DNA of 64,000 bases from an uncultured delta proteobacterium (lineage in GTDB: Bacteria > Myxococcota_A > Polyangia > Polyangiales > JAFGIB01): the NCBI GenBank assembly GCA_963778655.1, contig CAVZVA010000002.1, positions 32,001 through 96,000 of the forward strand. The letters run 5' to 3'. Below, one piece after another: positions 18,237-27,798 of the stretch. Numbering within the stretch: the stretch's first letter is position 1; every line of letters starts with the position of its first letter. Under the pieces are notes generated by a model. The model searched no databases. It saw only the letters and a list, made by a program, of their open reading frames with translations, and was not told where the DNA came from. The translations under genes and the position numbers were made by a program.

Positions 18237-19409
18237 TCAATTCAGCGTCGAGCGATGCGGCGTGATCACACCTGCGCCGAAGCCGAATCCAGCCCGGCGC
18301 CGGGCGTCGTACGGCGCGGCGGTTGGGTCGAGCGATGCCGCTTGCGAGCTGGTTGGCGGCGGCGCGCCGGGCGCATCGAGCGAAACCGCTTGGGGACGCT
18401 CATCTACCATTCGCACCACGTCGTTGTGTCGGTTGACGACTTGTACCGTGAGCGGCACGGCCTCGGGGCGCGTTACGTCGCGTCCGACGCGCGGGCGTGT
18501 GGGACTATGCCTCTCCCTGCGCCGATAAGGACGGCGCAAGGTACCGTAGCGCGGGCGCTTGCCGGGCCTGGACCAATCCACCCATTGCGCGGCGCGCACG
18601 CGCACGTCGACGTGCACGAACACGCTGTGCGGGTAGAAGCCGCAACCGGTCTGGACGAGCGACCGGCAATAATCCCAGATCGCGCGTTCCGGCACGCCTG
18701 CGATCTGGATGTCGGCAGCGCGGCCGGCGACGTGACGGCTGGTGTCGCGGGTGTAGCCGCGCGCCTCGCGGAAGCCGCTGACGACGTGGATCGGACGTCC
18801 GCCGAAGTGATCGGAGATGTTGGCCAGCAGCAGGGCCAAGCGCGGGTGCACGTGCCGGCTCGCATCGTCGCCGCGCCCCATCTGTTGCGCCAGCGCGCGC
18901 AGCCCCTTGAGACGCACGCGACCTTCGGTGTCCACCAGCTCGGCGCGCACCACCTGCCCATGCTGGCCGAGGAAGGTGACCGTGCCCCGCCGCTCGGGAT
19001 CGCCCCAGTCGCGCTCGCGTGCTGCCGCGGGCATATAGCCGGGAAGGATCAAACGCTCGCCGGCGCGCAGGTCCGCGGCGCTGCGCAAGCGGTTGAGGTG
19101 TCGCAGCTCGGCCACCGTGCAGTCGTGCATCTTGGCGACATGCGACAAGGTCTGCCCTGGCCGCACGTAGGTCACGCCCCGCTCAGGTAGTCGCAGCGCC
19201 TCGCCCGCGCGCAGTACCTGCGCATGCTTCAACCGATTGGCCGCGGCCAGGTCTCCGATTTGCACATGGTAGTGGTGCGCAATCGCGGACAGGGTTTCGC
19301 CGGCCCTAACAGTGTGCATGCGCTGCGCCGACGCAACACCCGCGCTCGCGCCCAACACGAAACACTGGAGCACACACGCCGCAGCCAAGCCGCCCAACCA
19401 CCGGCTCAT
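18237..19409 (-). CDS. LysM-domain protein with YcbK/DUF882 (peptidase M15A) domain
   Basis: Signal peptide; two LysM repeats (HTVRAGETLSAIA, YVRPGQTLSHVA); VSGFR, SRH..GRAAD and FVHVDV metal-binding motifs. Confidence 0.88.
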   Translation of the reverse strand: MSRWLGGLAAACVLQCFVLGASAGVASAQRMHTVRAGETLSAIAHHYHVQIGDLAAANRLKHAQVLRAGEALRLPERGVTYVRPGQTLSHVAKMHDCTVAELRHLNRLRSAADLRAGERLILPGYMPAAARERDWGDPERRGTVTFLGQHGQVVRAELVDTEGRVRLKGLRALAQQMGRGDDASRHVHPRLALLLANISDHFGGRPIHVVSGFREARGYTRDTSRHVAGRAADIQIAGVPERAIWDYCRSLVQTGCGFYPHSVFVHVDVRVRAAQWVDWSRPGKRPRYGTLRRPYRRRERHSPTRPRVGRDVTRPEAVPLTVQVVNRHNDVVRMVDERPQAVSLDAPGAPPPTSSQAASLDPTAAPYDARRRAGFGFGAGVITPHRSTLN

Positions 19410-19623
19410 CGTGGCGCAGTATCGGCCCAAACAGCGACCCGATCAAGTCGCTGCGCAGCGCAGGCAGCGTCATCCCGGGCGACCGTGGGCAGCTAACCAT
19501 TTCAACGGGTTGCAGGCGCCTGGCCTCGCTTTCTGGACCTACGCGCGCCCATCGCGGCCGAGCACGAGGCCACGAGCGGCGCGCCGCCCACCGCCATGGC
19601 CTTCTTCGGCGCGACGCCGGAGG

Positions 19624-21351
19624 CTAATCCTGGATTCTGCTGTTGAGCTCGAAGCCGGTGACGGTTCGGGTTTCGTTGCTGACCCAGTCGATGAACGTGA
19701 TGCGTCCATCGGGGTGGTCCTGATTGACGAACATGCGCTTGCTCTGCGGCACCGAGCCGATGGAGATCGGCGGGCTGCCGAGCTCGATCGGTTGCACCAG
19801 GAAGCTCTTGCTCTCGATCTTCTGCACCTCGCGCGTGTTGGTCGCGTCGTCGCGGAAGAGCAGGAACAGGTAGCTGCCGTCGGGCACGATGCTGAACGCG
19901 CCCGGCGCGGTCGCGGTCACCTGCAGCTTGACGTCGCCGCTGGGAATGCGCAGCACGCTGTAGCCGTACGAGCGCGCCAGCTGCACGCTGGGGTCGAGGC
20001 CGGCCTGATTCGGATCTCCGGCCGCCTTCTTGTGCACGATCAGCGCGGTCTGGCCGTCGGGCGCGATCGCGACCGCCTGCACCGTCTTGCGCAACGCCAC
20101 CGTCTTGGGCGGCGTCTTGTCGTCCAGCGTCAGGATGGTGATGCGCTCGACGTCGACCGCGGTGGTGTAGAGCAGCGCGCGGTCGGCCTGGGGCGAGATG
20201 GTGGCCGAGCCGACCAGCTCGTCTTTGACGCTGTAGCTCTTGATCAAGCCCGGCTTGGCGAAGCCGTCCGGCACCGGGATCTGCAGCACCAGGCTGTGGC
20301 TGCGCACCACCGCCAGCGCGAACGCGCCGTTGGGCGCCAGCGCCAGGTCGCTCACGTCCGGCGGCCCTGGGGGCACCCCGGCGTCGTCGCCGCTCTGGTC
20401 TTGCGGCAGCACATCGGCCAGGTCGACGCTGCTGAGGTCGCCGCTCTCGAGGTCCACCTCACGCACCACGCTCTTGCCCGGCTCGCGCGTGAGCGCGTAC
20501 TTGCCGTCGGGCGTGACCGCGACCTGAATGCCCTTCTGGTCCACGCTGGGACCGAGCGAGACCAGCCTGGCGATGCCTGTGCCCTCTTTTTCGATGCGCG
20601 CGAAGTCGAGCACCGAGATGCCGTCGTCGGTCACGACGTAGGCCGCGCTGCCGTCGGCGGCAAAGGCCACATCGCGCGGGCTGAAGCCCACGGTCATGCC
20701 GGTCGCGCTGTCGTTGCCCGCGGCCAGGCTGACCACCGTCACGTCCTGGTAGCTGCCCGACGGGTTGCCGGCCGTGCTGTAGGCTGCGTCGAAGTACACC
20801 ACCGCGTGCTTGCCGTCGGGCGCCACCGCGATCGCGTTGGCGCCGCGCACCACCGGCACCGAATCGGTGGTCACGCCCGTGGCCGGCGAGCGCAGGATGG
20901 TCGCGTCGTCGGAGCCCACGTTGAGCACGATCGCGTCGTCGGTTCCGGCCAGCGTGCGCAGAAACGTCGGCCGGTCGCCGGTCTCCACCGTCTGGATCGA
21001 GGTGTTGGTGGCGTCGATGATCGACACTGTGCCGCCCTTGGGGTTGGCCGTGTACACGAAGCGCTCCGAGGCCTGCGGCTGCTCGAAGTCCAGCTTCACC
21101 TGCATCTCCGGCGGCAGCTTCGGCGCGGTCATGCCGCCCGTGCCATCGCTGCCGTGGGTGGCGGCCCCGTTGCCGAAGGCCGGTACGCTGCCGGCGCCAA
21201 CCCCCCCCGTGCCGGCGGGACCCACAGCGGGCAGGCCAACGCCGCCGGTCGGATTGGCGCCCTTGGTGCTGCCGGTGTCACTGGTGGCGCAGGCTCCCAG
21301 GCCCGTCAGGCCCGCCGCGAGCACCAAGCCTCGAATCCATCGCCGGTTCAT
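19624..21351 (-). CDS. Lipoprotein with YVTN/YncE-type beta-propeller
   Basis: Lipobox LGAC, Gly/Thr linker, repeated +A+.PDG..A blades. Confidence 0.8.
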   Translation of the reverse strand: MNRRWIRGLVLAAGLTGLGACATSDTGSTKGANPTGGVGLPAVGPAGTGGVGAGSVPAFGNGAATHGSDGTGGMTAPKLPPEMQVKLDFEQPQASERFVYTANPKGGTVSIIDATNTSIQTVETGDRPTFLRTLAGTDDAIVLNVGSDDATILRSPATGVTTDSVPVVRGANAIAVAPDGKHAVVYFDAAYSTAGNPSGSYQDVTVVSLAAGNDSATGMTVGFSPRDVAFAADGSAAYVVTDDGISVLDFARIEKEGTGIARLVSLGPSVDQKGIQVAVTPDGKYALTREPGKSVVREVDLESGDLSSVDLADVLPQDQSGDDAGVPPGPPDVSDLALAPNGAFALAVVRSHSLVLQIPVPDGFAKPGLIKSYSVKDELVGSATISPQADRALLYTTAVDVERITILTLDDKTPPKTVALRKTVQAVAIAPDGQTALIVHKKAAGDPNQAGLDPSVQLARSYGYSVLRIPSGDVKLQVTATAPGAFSIVPDGSYLFLLFRDDATNTREVQKIESKSFLVQPIELGSPPISIGSVPQSKRMFVNQDHPDGRITFIDWVSNETRTVTGFELNSRIQD

Positions 21352-21513
21352 ACCGCGGCAACAGAGCAAAAAGCGTTCCATACGGGTTTCGCCATCCCAG
21401 TCCCGTCAGTGTCTCACAAACCTGTCACCGGCGCCCGAGGGCTGCGCGACTTGGCACACTTCGGCGCAGCGCGAAACGCGGCCGAAGCCATCGCACCGGA
21501 TCAGATCCTGGCC

Positions 21514-22269
21514 TCAACGGCGGTGCCGCCCGCGCTTGGCGCGCTTGGGCCGTTTGATGCGCTTTAGCCTCTGGCTCCACTTGGGTCGCTCGCTCGCCGT
21601 AGCGGCGCGTTCGGCTTCGGTCTCGATCGCCCGGCGCAACATCGGCTCCATGTCGTCACCCTCGAGCAACTGCCGCCACTGGCCAGCGCCCTGAACTGTT
21701 TGCGTTCGCTGCGCGAAGGCGAAGAACGCCCGCAGCTCCGCCAGCAGCTTCGGAGCCTCGTCCGGGTCGACGATGCGGGCGACGTGCGGCACCAACTCGA
21801 TGTCCGAAGGATCCGGTTCCTTGGACGGTTCGTCCGGGTCGGTCAGGTCCCACGCCAAGTTCGCCTGCACCTTCAAGAAACCCGTCAGGTGATGCGCCGT
21901 CTGGCCCGCCAGCAGGGCCACGCGCTCCGGCGAGGCCTCGAACGCGCTCACCGTGCGCTCGATGCGCGCCTGCAGCTGCTCGCGGTAGAACGACTCCATC
22001 TCCGGCGAGCGCATGCCATGACGGAGCTGATCGGGGCTGCTGGGCCAGCGCGGGTCCTCGGGCTCGCGCAGGTCGTCCCAGATGAACAGCTCGAAGCCCA
22101 ACCCCACCCCCAAGCAGTCCGGGAACGGGCAAGCATCGCCGGGGCCCACAGAGCTGGCCCTTGCACTCTTGCGTTGAAAAAATCGGCTGCAGAGCTGGCA
22201 GTGCAGCCAGCACTCGTCTGGATCCGGCAGTGCCGCGAGCCGTGGTCGCGGGTCGTCGATGATTCGCAT
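21514..22269 (-). CDS. Hypothetical protein with N-terminal Cys cluster (possible Zn finger)
   Basis: CWLHCQLC...CPFPDC, basic C-terminal tail, GGAGG RBS upstream. The exact start is uncertain. Confidence 0.6.
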   Translation of the reverse strand: MRIIDDPRPRLAALPDPDECWLHCQLCSRFFQRKSARASSVGPGDACPFPDCLGVGLGFELFIWDDLREPEDPRWPSSPDQLRHGMRSPEMESFYREQLQARIERTVSAFEASPERVALLAGQTAHHLTGFLKVQANLAWDLTDPDEPSKEPDPSDIELVPHVARIVDPDEAPKLLAELRAFFAFAQRTQTVQGAGQWRQLLEGDDMEPMLRRAIETEAERAATASERPKWSQRLKRIKRPKRAKRGRHRR

Positions 22270-22511
22270 CTGCACACGCACCTCCGTGTCGGTTCACGGT
22301 TTTCATCGGCCGCTTGCGGCGCGAGTTGCGCGCGCCCAGGAGGGTGAGCTCGGACCAAGCAGAGGACGACGCTGGGGCCGCGCCGGTCGGAGTATCGACC
22401 CGGGCGGCCGCCGCCCTGTGGGCGATGCAGCACGACCTCGTCGGCTGAGGCTCGGGGCCCGGCGCTCGGCAGCGGGTCACGCAAGCTGCCTAGTCGAACA
22501 CACTGCCCAAG

Positions 22512-24350
22512 TCAGCGGAACGCCAGGCCCTCGAACTGCCCCGAATCGCGCCAGGCCGCGAGGTACTTGAAGTACGCCGCCGCGCCGTACGGATAGCCTA
22601 CGTACAGGCGCGCGGCCGGGCCCGGATCCTGACCTTCGTTGTTGTAGTAGCCGGGCGTGCAATCCTGCGAGCCCAGCATGCGGCCGCCGCCCGCCAGCAA
22701 GAGCCCGACCCAGGCGTCCTCCGCCTCGCGCGTGAGCTCCACGCGGCCGAGCCCCCGCTCGCGCATGTGCTTCACGATCGTGGCGATCGACTTGCCCGCC
22801 TCGACCAGGTTGTGCGGCACGTTCGAGATCAGGTTCGCGCCCTGCGTCGGCTGAACCAAGAACAGGTTCGGAAAGCCGTGCACGTGCACGCCGTGCATGC
22901 TGCGCATGCCCTCCTCCCAGTACTCGGACAGCTGCAGCGCGTCACGGCCCAGAGGGTCGAAACCGATGCGATCCGCGGCAACTCGGCCGGGGTTCGAGCC
23001 GATCGCGTACCCCACCTCGAAGCCCGAGGCGTAGATGATGCAATCCACTTCGTAGGCCTTGCCTTCCGCGTGCACCGCATGCTCGCTGATGCGCTCGACG
23101 CCCTTGCCGTCGGTGTCGACGAGCGTCGTGTTGGGCGAGTTGAACGCCTGCAGGTACTCGTCGTGAAAGCACGGACGCTTGCACAGCTGGCGATACCAGG
23201 CCTTGAGCTTGGACGCCGTCTGGCGGTCCTCTACGATGGCGTCGACCCGCGCGCGGATCTCCTCCATCTTCTCGAAGTCCGCCTCCTCCCAGGCCAGCAG
23301 CATGCTCTGCGGCGTGCGCTCGGCCGGCGGGATCCGCTCGATGCGCTCGCGGATGCGCCGCGCGAGGTCCGTCCACCCGTCCATCACCAGATCTTCGGAG
23401 GCGCCCCCGCCGGTCTGCACCGCGGTGAAGTTCTCCAGCCAGCGCTGTTGCCAGCCCGGCGTCGCGATCGTGGCGAACCACGCGGGATCGGTGGGCCGAT
23501 TGTCGCGCACGTCGACCGACGAAGGCGTGCGTTGAAACACGTAGAGCTGCTTGCAGGCTGCCGCGAGCTGCGGCACGCACTGCACCGCCGTGGCACCCGT
23601 ACCGATGATGGCGACACGCTTGTCGCGCAAGCGGTCGAGCGGCGCCCCTGCCGGGTCTCCGCCGGTATAGTCGTAGTCCCAGCGGCTGGTGTGAAACGAG
23701 TGGCCGCGAAAGCTCTCGAGCCCAGCAATCCCCGGCAACTTGGGCACGTGCAGCCCGCCTGGGCCCATGCCGACGAACTGCGCCGTGAAGTCGTCGCCGC
23801 GGCTGGTCTGGATCCGCCAGCGCCCGTTTGCGTCGTCCCAGGACAGCGCGCGCACCTCGGTATGGAACAGCGCGCCGTCATACAGGCCGTAGTGTCTTCC
23901 GATACGCCGCGAATGCTCGAGGATCTCGGGCGCGTGCGCGTACTTTTCGCTCGGCATGTGCCCGGTCTCTTCGAGCAGCGGCATGTACACGAACGACGCC
24001 GTGTCACACTGCGCTCCCGGATAGCGATTCCAGTACCAGGTGCCGCCGAAGTCGCCGCCCTTCTCGATCACGCGCACGTCGTGAACGTCTGCCTCGACCA
24101 GACGCGCTCCGGTCACCAGACCCGCAAAGCCGCCGCCGATGAACGCGAAAGTCACGTGGTCGCGCCGCGGCTCGCGCGGCTGCACCGGCGTGTAGGGATC
24201 TTCGAGGTAGTGCGAGAGTTGCCCGGCGAGCCGCGCGTACTGTGCGTTGCCGTCCGCGCGCAGCCGCTTGGCGCGCTCCTCCCGGTATTTGGCGCGCAAT
24301 GCCTCGGCGTCGTAGCCGGGAACGCTGCGTTGGCGTGGCGTATCGCTCAT
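22512..24350 (-). CDS. Baeyer-Villiger monooxygenase (type I flavin monooxygenase)
   Basis: GGGFAG, GGTWYWNRYPG, fingerprint FRGHSFHTSRW, IGTGATA, CTPGYYN. Confidence 0.95.
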   Translation of the reverse strand: MSDTPRQRSVPGYDAEALRAKYREERAKRLRADGNAQYARLAGQLSHYLEDPYTPVQPREPRRDHVTFAFIGGGFAGLVTGARLVEADVHDVRVIEKGGDFGGTWYWNRYPGAQCDTASFVYMPLLEETGHMPSEKYAHAPEILEHSRRIGRHYGLYDGALFHTEVRALSWDDANGRWRIQTSRGDDFTAQFVGMGPGGLHVPKLPGIAGLESFRGHSFHTSRWDYDYTGGDPAGAPLDRLRDKRVAIIGTGATAVQCVPQLAAACKQLYVFQRTPSSVDVRDNRPTDPAWFATIATPGWQQRWLENFTAVQTGGGASEDLVMDGWTDLARRIRERIERIPPAERTPQSMLLAWEEADFEKMEEIRARVDAIVEDRQTASKLKAWYRQLCKRPCFHDEYLQAFNSPNTTLVDTDGKGVERISEHAVHAEGKAYEVDCIIYASGFEVGYAIGSNPGRVAADRIGFDPLGRDALQLSEYWEEGMRSMHGVHVHGFPNLFLVQPTQGANLISNVPHNLVEAGKSIATIVKHMRERGLGRVELTREAEDAWVGLLLAGGGRMLGSQDCTPGYYNNEGQDPGPAARLYVGYPYGAAAYFKYLAAWRDSGQFEGLAFR

Positions 24351-24804
24351 GGTTGCGGCCTCTCCTGGGTCGGGCTACGGCGAACGAGCTGGGAGGCCAT
24401 CGTGAACCGGTCGCAGAAGGGCTCGACCACGCGCAACCCTGCCCCAACGGGGCTCGCCGGGCAACCGCCGTTCGCAGTCGCGGGTGCAGGGGGCGGCCCG
24501 GTGGAGCTGACCGCGCGGCACCGGCGCGCTGGACGCGGCTCTGCCCGCGATCCGGCCCCGCCAGGCGCCGATGTCGTTCTGACCGGATCCGTCCTGCCTT
24601 GCGGGCGGCACCCTTACGCTCCAATCTCGAATTGCAGCTCGGGAAAGCCTCGATGCTCGGTGACCACCCCCGCCTGCCGGCTTGCAAGCAGGCGTGAGGT
24701 TGGCCATCGTCCCAGCGCGCCTCGGCTGGCCGCAAACGTCCGCCATCTGATTCCATCGGACCTGCGAGAGGGAACGCAGCGTCGCAAGACGCCGCGCTGA
24801 CGCC

Positions 24805-25215
24805 ATGTTCCGCGACGACTTCGTGTTACGCGCCGTCCGGCAGATCGCCCAAGTGCTGGCGCGCATCATGGGATTACGACAGGAAGGCCGGCAAGAGGAG
24901 GCCGACCGCGAGCTCGACGACCTCTACCGCGGCCTCGTCCCCTTCGATCCCGACCTGCTCGAGCTGCTCGACACGCGCACTCTGGCATCGATGATCGCGG
25001 ACCCTGCGAGGCTACGCGCGCTGTGCCAGGTGCTGCTGTTCGACGGCGACGGCGCGGCCGAGCGCGGCGCTCGGGAGCGCGCCCGGCGCAAGTGGCGGCG
25101 CGCGCTCGAGCTGCTCGAGCACGGCCTGCCCGTGCCCACCGATGATGACCGCGACCTGATGCAAGCCCTGCGCACCCGCCTCGAGCCCGAGCCGAAGGAT
25201 AGCAGCGCCGGCTGA
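24805..25215 (+). CDS. Hypothetical helical protein (DUF6483-like)
   Basis: MFRDDFVLRAVRQIAQVLARI N-terminus typical of this family. Confidence 0.65.
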   Translation: MFRDDFVLRAVRQIAQVLARIMGLRQEGRQEEADRELDDLYRGLVPFDPDLLELLDTRTLASMIADPARLRALCQVLLFDGDGAAERGARERARRKWRRALELLEHGLPVPTDDDRDLMQALRTRLEPEPKDSSAG

Positions 25216-25670
25216 ACCGCCCGCTCCTGCGGTTTCGGTTGCCGGTGTTGGCGGGGCGCGTGCGCGCGCGCCATGGCGACCGTGCGGTCGGCGACACCTG
25301 CTCGCGCTCAGTGAGCCGGGCAAGGGGCGCTCGGCGCGATGCACATCGCGCCGGCCCGCAGGCAATACAAACCCGTCGCGCACGAGCAGGCGTGCTGCAG
25401 CGCGGGACAACCGGCGGCCGCGTCGCCGCCCGAGCCGGCGCAGGCCGATGTTCCTTGGCTGGTGGAGGCACCCGAGCCCTGCGCCGCCGCATCACCGCCC
25501 GACGAGGCGCCCGCCGTGGCCGCCGCCTCAGCCGCTGCCACCGTTGAACGTCTTGGGACCAGGAGATCCACAGGAACGCGGGAAGCCGGGAAGTCCCGGG
25601 GGGGTTGTTCTTCTCGCCTTCCGGTCTTCCTGTTGAATCCTCGGAAGAGCCATTTCTGGGCGAGAGCTAA

Positions 25671-25839
25671 CTAGAGTGCATTTCATAAATCCGAAATGCT
25701 CGATTTCGGAGCGCGACGGGTCCGCCGGCAAGGCGCGCGACCGCTGGAATACTCGGTGTATTTCAAGGTCGCGCAACGCAGCCGCCGGGCTCGTCCCGCC
25801 CGAAAGGGGGCGTTGAGCGGTTTATGAAATGCACTCTAG
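25671..25839. mobile_element. MITE with perfect terminal inverted repeats at a CTAG site
   Basis: CTAGAGTGCATTTCATAAA (25671-25689) is the exact reverse complement of TTTATGAAATGCACTCTAG (25821-25839). Internal hairpins, no ORF. Confidence 0.85.
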
Positions 25840-26483
25840 CCGTGTTGCGCCAGCTCGACTTGGGGCGGGCGGAGGCGCAGCTCGTGGATCACGCTGCCGA
25901 GCTGACCGGAGACGTAGCGCACCAACTCCACGTCGTGGTCGCCGAACTCGGCCGCGCAGATCGGCTCGGCCAGCGCCAGCAGCCCGAGCAGCGTCCGATC
26001 GTGGAGGATCGGACACAGCAGCACCGGGGAGTCTTTGCCCTCCGGAGCGATCCACGCCGCGCCATCGGGCCCGCCATCCGTCAGCACCACGTCATAAGCC
26101 GCATGCCCGACCAGGCACCGCGCCACGGGCATGGCCGTCCCCTTCAGCAGCTCGTGTCCGACACCGCGTGCGACCACGAAGCGCATCTCGTCCCTGTCGA
26201 TATCGTGCAGCGCCGCCGCCATCGCGGCGGTAGGCAGCTCCCCGGCCAGCGCTTCGCTCGCGAGCTCGAGCGCCGTGGCGATATTCGGCTGCAGCGACAG
26301 GTCGGCGAGCGCGTCGAAGACATCCTCGAGGCGGGACTGAATGTAAGGCGGTGGCGGAGGCGCGCTGGTGAGCCGCGGCACCGCGAGCGGGCGCCGCAAG
26401 CTCTTGACCACCGCGACCGCGCGCTGCGAGTGGTTTGCGACGCGCTGCAGTGCCTGCCGAAAGGTATGCCCGAATCCACTCAT
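25836..26483 (-). CDS. GAF-domain protein
   Basis: EMRFVVARG, VLLCPILHDRTLLGLLAL and F...DVEL GAF pattern. Confidence 0.75.
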   Translation of the reverse strand: MSGFGHTFRQALQRVANHSQRAVAVVKSLRRPLAVPRLTSAPPPPPYIQSRLEDVFDALADLSLQPNIATALELASEALAGELPTAAMAAALHDIDRDEMRFVVARGVGHELLKGTAMPVARCLVGHAAYDVVLTDGGPDGAAWIAPEGKDSPVLLCPILHDRTLLGLLALAEPICAAEFGDHDVELVRYVSGQLGSVIHELRLRPPQVELAQHG

Positions 26484-26761
26484 GTGGGGAGGTGGAAGCA
26501 AGCCGCGCGCGTGCCGGCCGCGCCCCATTCCTATGGTGGCCTGAGCGCACCAATTCGGTCGAAACTTTCGCACTGCCAGCCGCCTCCTTTTCTAGGACGG
26601 ATTCTGTTCGTCGAGCGGTCCGACATTCGGGTTGCTCACGCAATTGATCTCGATCCATTGCGGCTCCCCTATCGCAAGCCAGAGCGCACGCCGGCCGGCG
26701 CGGGGCGGCCTGTTCGGAGATCCTTGGCGGTACGTGTCTTGTAAAGGAGCGCGAGGCCGCC

Positions 26762-27022
26762 ATGGACCAACTCGACACGCAACGCTCAGAGCACATCTGC
26801 GACAACTTTCGCCGAGCTGGCATCGGTGCGTCGGTCGTGCTTCTGCCCCCCTTTCTGGTTTTGGCCGTCGTACCCATGCTGGTGCTGCTGATCCCCGTGG
26901 CGATGGTGGGGATTCCTTTCATCGTCCCGGCGCTGTTCAGCGGCTCGCGAGCCGCGCGCGAGGAACAGCTGCGACACCAGAGTTGGCGGCCGCGCCCGCG
27001 TCTGGCGGTGCGCTGGGCATGA
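26762..27022 (+). CDS. Small membrane protein
   Basis: 86 aa with a long Pro-containing hydrophobic stretch; AAGGAG/GAGG upstream. Confidence 0.5.
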   Translation: MDQLDTQRSEHICDNFRRAGIGASVVLLPPFLVLAVVPMLVLLIPVAMVGIPFIVPALFSGSRAAREEQLRHQSWRPRPRLAVRWA

Positions 27023-27292
27023 TCGCTTGCGCTGGGCAGGGGTGCGCGCTCCTGGACTGGATGGCTCGGGGGCGACCTCGCTGCCTCGAGCGACCGTGCT
27101 GTCTCGCGCAGCGCGCCCCTTCGCCGCAGCAAGCTTTGGAGCGTCTGGCGGATGGACGCGCGCGCGCGCTGCTGCCGAACCCGAGCGGCGGACGGACGAC
27201 GCCCGTGGTCTTTGCATCGCTCGAGCTGATCGCGCGCGCGTGCGCCGCGCCACCCCGCGACCGCGGTGGCGACCCGCAACCGAGCTCGCGCC

Positions 27293-27676
27293 TCAGCGCA
27301 GCCAAAAATAGAGCAGCAGGCCCAGGCCGATGAACAGCGCCAGCGTCTTCGCGTCGAAGCCGCCTCCCTTCGCGTCCGCGGCATCGCCGGGCGGCTCCGG
27401 GGCCGCGTTCAACGCCTGGGCCTCGAGCTCGTCGGCCTGCTTGGCATCGCCCGAGGTCTGAAGCGAGGCGGCGATGAGGTCACGTGCCGCCTGCTCGTGC
27501 TCGCGCGGAACCTCGATCAGCTGCTCGATGGCCGAGTCGCCTACGCCCAGCAGCGAGGGCCTCGCCTGACCGAGCCGGCGCGGTTCCAGGCCCTCGGCCC
27601 GAAGCATCGTCTCGGCCAAGTCGAGCGCCGGCACCGAGAAGCCGCGGTAGACGATCACCCAGTCATCGCCGTGCAT
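27293..27676 (-). CDS. DUF2007-like protein with C-terminal transmembrane anchor
   Basis: W..VY....A..+L.AEG+...V......AR.LI pattern plus a terminal hydrophobic helix. Confidence 0.7.
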   Translation of the reverse strand: MHGDDWVIVYRGFSVPALDLAETMLRAEGLEPRRLGQARPSLLGVGDSAIEQLIEVPREHEQAARDLIAASLQTSGDAKQADELEAQALNAAPEPPGDAADAKGGGFDAKTLALFIGLGLLLYFWLR

Positions 27677-27798
27677 ATCCGTACCGTACCACCTCGCGGC
27701 GGCCCAGCCATGCGCACGCTCAGACGACCGGATCGGAAGAGCCATTCCCGCCCGGACGGGTACAATCGCCGAGAACCACGGCTCGGAGACGGAATCGC

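Noticed and set aside
25230..25571. Small Cys-rich ORF on the minus strand as a RiPP precursor
   Set aside because: It looks more like the tail of a decayed Cys-rich lipoprotein next to the MITE, has no clear RBS or leader, and lies 12 kb from the dehydratase.
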